Made by a program: the position numbers and the translations under genes | Source: Deltaproteobacteria bacterium | GTDB taxonomy: Bacteria > Myxococcota_A > UBA9160 > SMWR01 | Length of the DNA stretch: 50,327 nucleotides | Assembly: GCA_032128375.1 (NCBI GenBank) | Contig: JAQBGU010000114.1 | Location: 1-50,327 of the forward strand | Direction of reading: 5' to 3' | Notes under the pieces: generated by a model | Seen by the model: the letters and a program-made list of their open reading frames with translations, nothing else | What the model was told of the DNA's origin: nothing | The model's database searches: none | Shown here: positions 48,190 through 50,327 of the stretch, piece after piece | Numbering within the stretch: the stretch's first letter is position 1 | How the letters are laid out: each line of letters starts with the position of its first letter

Positions 48190-49029
48190 TCAGCTGGGGG
48201 CTGCCGCGTCGATGAAGCGGCGAATTCGCTCGAAGTAGGCTCGTCCGCCGATCATCGCGGTGTCGTTGTGCCCTGCGCCCAGGATCGTCTCGAAATCTTT
48301 TGGCTCGGGTGCGGCGTCGAACAACCGGCGACCGAGGTCGTAGTCGATGACTTCGTCGCGATCACCGTGAAGGAAAAGCAGCGGCGCCCGAACCCTCGAG
48401 ATCTTTCGGATGGACTCGAACCGGCGGCCGACCATCAAACTCATGATCGGACCGCCGATCCCGCGCGCGATGTCCGCGATGGACGTGAAGGTGCTCTCGA
48501 GGATCACTCCCGCGAGGTCGCGATCCTGTGCGAGATCGACCGCGACCGCGCCACCGAGCGAGCGGCCGAAAATAACGATCGCCCGGCTCGCAAAACCGCG
48601 GTCGATCAAGTGCGCGAAGCCTGCACGCGCATCGCGATAGCTTCCCCGTTCACTCGGCCTGCCCTCACTCAGACCGTAACCCCGGTAATCGAGTACCAGG
48701 ACGGCGCAATCCAGGCGCATGAGTTTCACAGCGATGGGAAGGCGATGTGATGCGTTTCCAGCATTGCCGTGCAGAAATAGCACCGCACGGGCAGGCATTC
48801 GCCCGAGTGAGGTTCCGGGCAGGTAGAAGCCGTGGATCGCGACGCCGTCGTCGGCGGTCAGATACACGTCCTCTGCGTCGATTCCGAGTTCTTCGGGGGA
48901 CAGGTCTACGCCGGGGGTCGGTTGAAAGACCACGCCTTCAACAAGAGCATCAACAAGAGAATTGAGCATTGCGTAGGAAATTCCGATTGCGATCAGACAC
49001 CCGATCACGACCACGAGCATTTTTTGCAT
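48190..49029 (-). CDS. Alpha/beta hydrolase (ABHD13/BEM46-like)
   Basis: LHGNAGN, DYRGYG.S.G, GRSLG, HGDRD, GHND. Confidence 0.9.
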   Translation of the reverse strand: MQKMLVVVIGCLIAIGISYAMLNSLVDALVEGVVFQPTPGVDLSPEELGIDAEDVYLTADDGVAIHGFYLPGTSLGRMPARAVLFLHGNAGNASHRLPIAVKLMRLDCAVLVLDYRGYGLSEGRPSERGSYRDARAGFAHLIDRGFASRAIVIFGRSLGGAVAVDLAQDRDLAGVILESTFTSIADIARGIGGPIMSLMVGRRFESIRKISRVRAPLLFLHGDRDEVIDYDLGRRLFDAAPEPKDFETILGAGHNDTAMIGGRAYFERIRRFIDAAAPS

Positions 49030-49047
49030 CGCGCGCAACGTACTCGA

Positions 49048-50208
49048 TTACTCCGGCGCGTTCTCGAACCGCTTCACGCTGAGTCCACCGATCGCGATCA
49101 CGACACTCCAAAGAGTCATCGTGCCAATCGCAGCCGAAATACCGAAGCCATCGCCGATAACACCTGTAAGCCACGGGATTGCAACGCCACCTATCGCGCC
49201 CGCACCCGCTGCCAATCCGGCCGCGGTCCCCCGCGATCGCGGAAATTGTTGACCGACCAGCGAGATCATGACAGGATAGACGCAGCCGGTCGCGACGCCG
49301 AAGACGCCAAAGATCACTTCGATATTTCCGCCGCCCTGCGAGACGCCCACTGCAATCGATATCGCCCCAAGCAGCCCAGCTGCGACCAATGCGCGAGCGT
49401 CGAGCCGCAGGGGTTGCAGCAGTGGCCCGAGCCGTCCGAGCAGCAAACCGAACCAGAATGCGCTGATCCCCGCCTGGCCGCGAGCCGTCGAAAGACCCAA
49501 ACCGTCCGTGGAGTACGGAATCGCGAAGACCGACATTGATCCTTCCAAACCGACATACGCGAACGCCACCACCGCGAAGGGAAGTAAGCGAGCCGACAGC
49601 AGAGATCTCCACGAGCCCGGATCCGATCGCGGGTGAGAGCCAGTGCCAGAGCCAGGGACCGTCACGTCGCGATGCGGTAGCGGAAAGTGAACGCCCAGCG
49701 CAGCGACCGCGAGCAACAGGTGTGCGGCACCGATGACGTGAAAGCTGCGGGTCCAGTGCCAACGAGCGGCGATGGCGGCGGCCAAAGGAGGGCACAACAC
49801 CGCGCCGACGGTGGTCGCGGAATGCATGATCGACATCGGCTTCGCAGAACGATCGCCGAAGCGTTCTACGATGCTCGCGTTGAACAGCGTGTCGTACGCG
49901 CCGGTTCCGATCCCAATCATGGCGATCAACGCACAGGCTCCAGCAAAGCTGGTCCCGGGGTGGATGGCCAGAAGCGACACGCCTGCGATCGTGGCGGCGA
50001 CAATGAACAGCGGGCGTCGTGAGAAGCGATCGAACAGGGGGCCCGCACCGACTACACCGATGAGTAGTCCCAACGCGAGCATCGCGGCGAGCAAACCGGT
50101 CTCGCTGAGGTCGAGCCCGAGATCCCGCTCGAGACCAGCCTGATTGGCGCCCAATACCACAAGCACCAAGCCGAAGCAGAAGAACGCCGCGAGACCGAGA
50201 CGGAACAA
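49048..50208 (-). CDS. MFS transporter
   Basis: About 12 TM; G.L.DRFSRR motif A. Confidence 0.85.
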   Translation of the reverse strand: MFRLGLAAFFCFGLVLVVLGANQAGLERDLGLDLSETGLLAAMLALGLLIGVVGAGPLFDRFSRRPLFIVAATIAGVSLLAIHPGTSFAGACALIAMIGIGTGAYDTLFNASIVERFGDRSAKPMSIMHSATTVGAVLCPPLAAAIAARWHWTRSFHVIGAAHLLLAVAALGVHFPLPHRDVTVPGSGTGSHPRSDPGSWRSLLSARLLPFAVVAFAYVGLEGSMSVFAIPYSTDGLGLSTARGQAGISAFWFGLLLGRLGPLLQPLRLDARALVAAGLLGAISIAVGVSQGGGNIEVIFGVFGVATGCVYPVMISLVGQQFPRSRGTAAGLAAGAGAIGGVAIPWLTGVIGDGFGISAAIGTMTLWSVVIAIGGLSVKRFENAPE

Positions 50209-50327
50209 TGCGTGGGGGCTAACCGGCGAATCCCGGGGGTTCGCATTGTACCGTCCGGCGACGCATCTGATTTGGCCTCTTACGTCATCCCGAGGTCGAG
50301 CCGCGCGGCCTCACTCATCATGTCGGG

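Noticed and set aside
1..50327. tRNA, rRNA, prophage, integrase or anti-phage defence genes
   Set aside because: None recognised by eye; dedicated scans were not run

Overview
High-GC bacterial window; gene content and dense sigma-54 promoters suggest a Myxococcota/deltaproteobacterial-type genome (inference). (1) 0.4-2.4 kb: a complete ISAzo13-family IS (two ORFs joined by a -1 frameshift, 22-bp TIRs) truncating a Cys-motif gene. (2) 2.5-24.4 kb: a partly decaying low-oxygen/redox island. It holds a tetraheme c554-like cytochrome, a Rieske/cytochrome b/pentaheme c complex, an MtrA/MtrB-type decaheme-porin conduit in frame behind an ftsH relic, USPs, CBS proteins, an Rv2004c-like kinase, cardiolipin synthase, a globin-coupled histidine kinase, three hemerythrin-like genes and a frameshifted truncated haemoglobin. 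Nine -24/-12 sigma-54 motifs sit directly upstream of its transcription units, six of them as three divergent pairs. (3) 24.6-30.3 kb: convergent duplicated GT-C + Thr-type sulfatase-like lipoprotein pairs. (4) 30.4-50.2 kb: mostly core genes (mutY, M23 peptidase, acs, pepP, rnd, FIST, IclR, ilvE, proS, PuuD-like, MFS). Between pepP and rnd is an unannotated, strongly structured ~150-nt RNA candidate behind a tenth sigma-54 promoter. All calls come from reading motifs by eye; no database searches were run.
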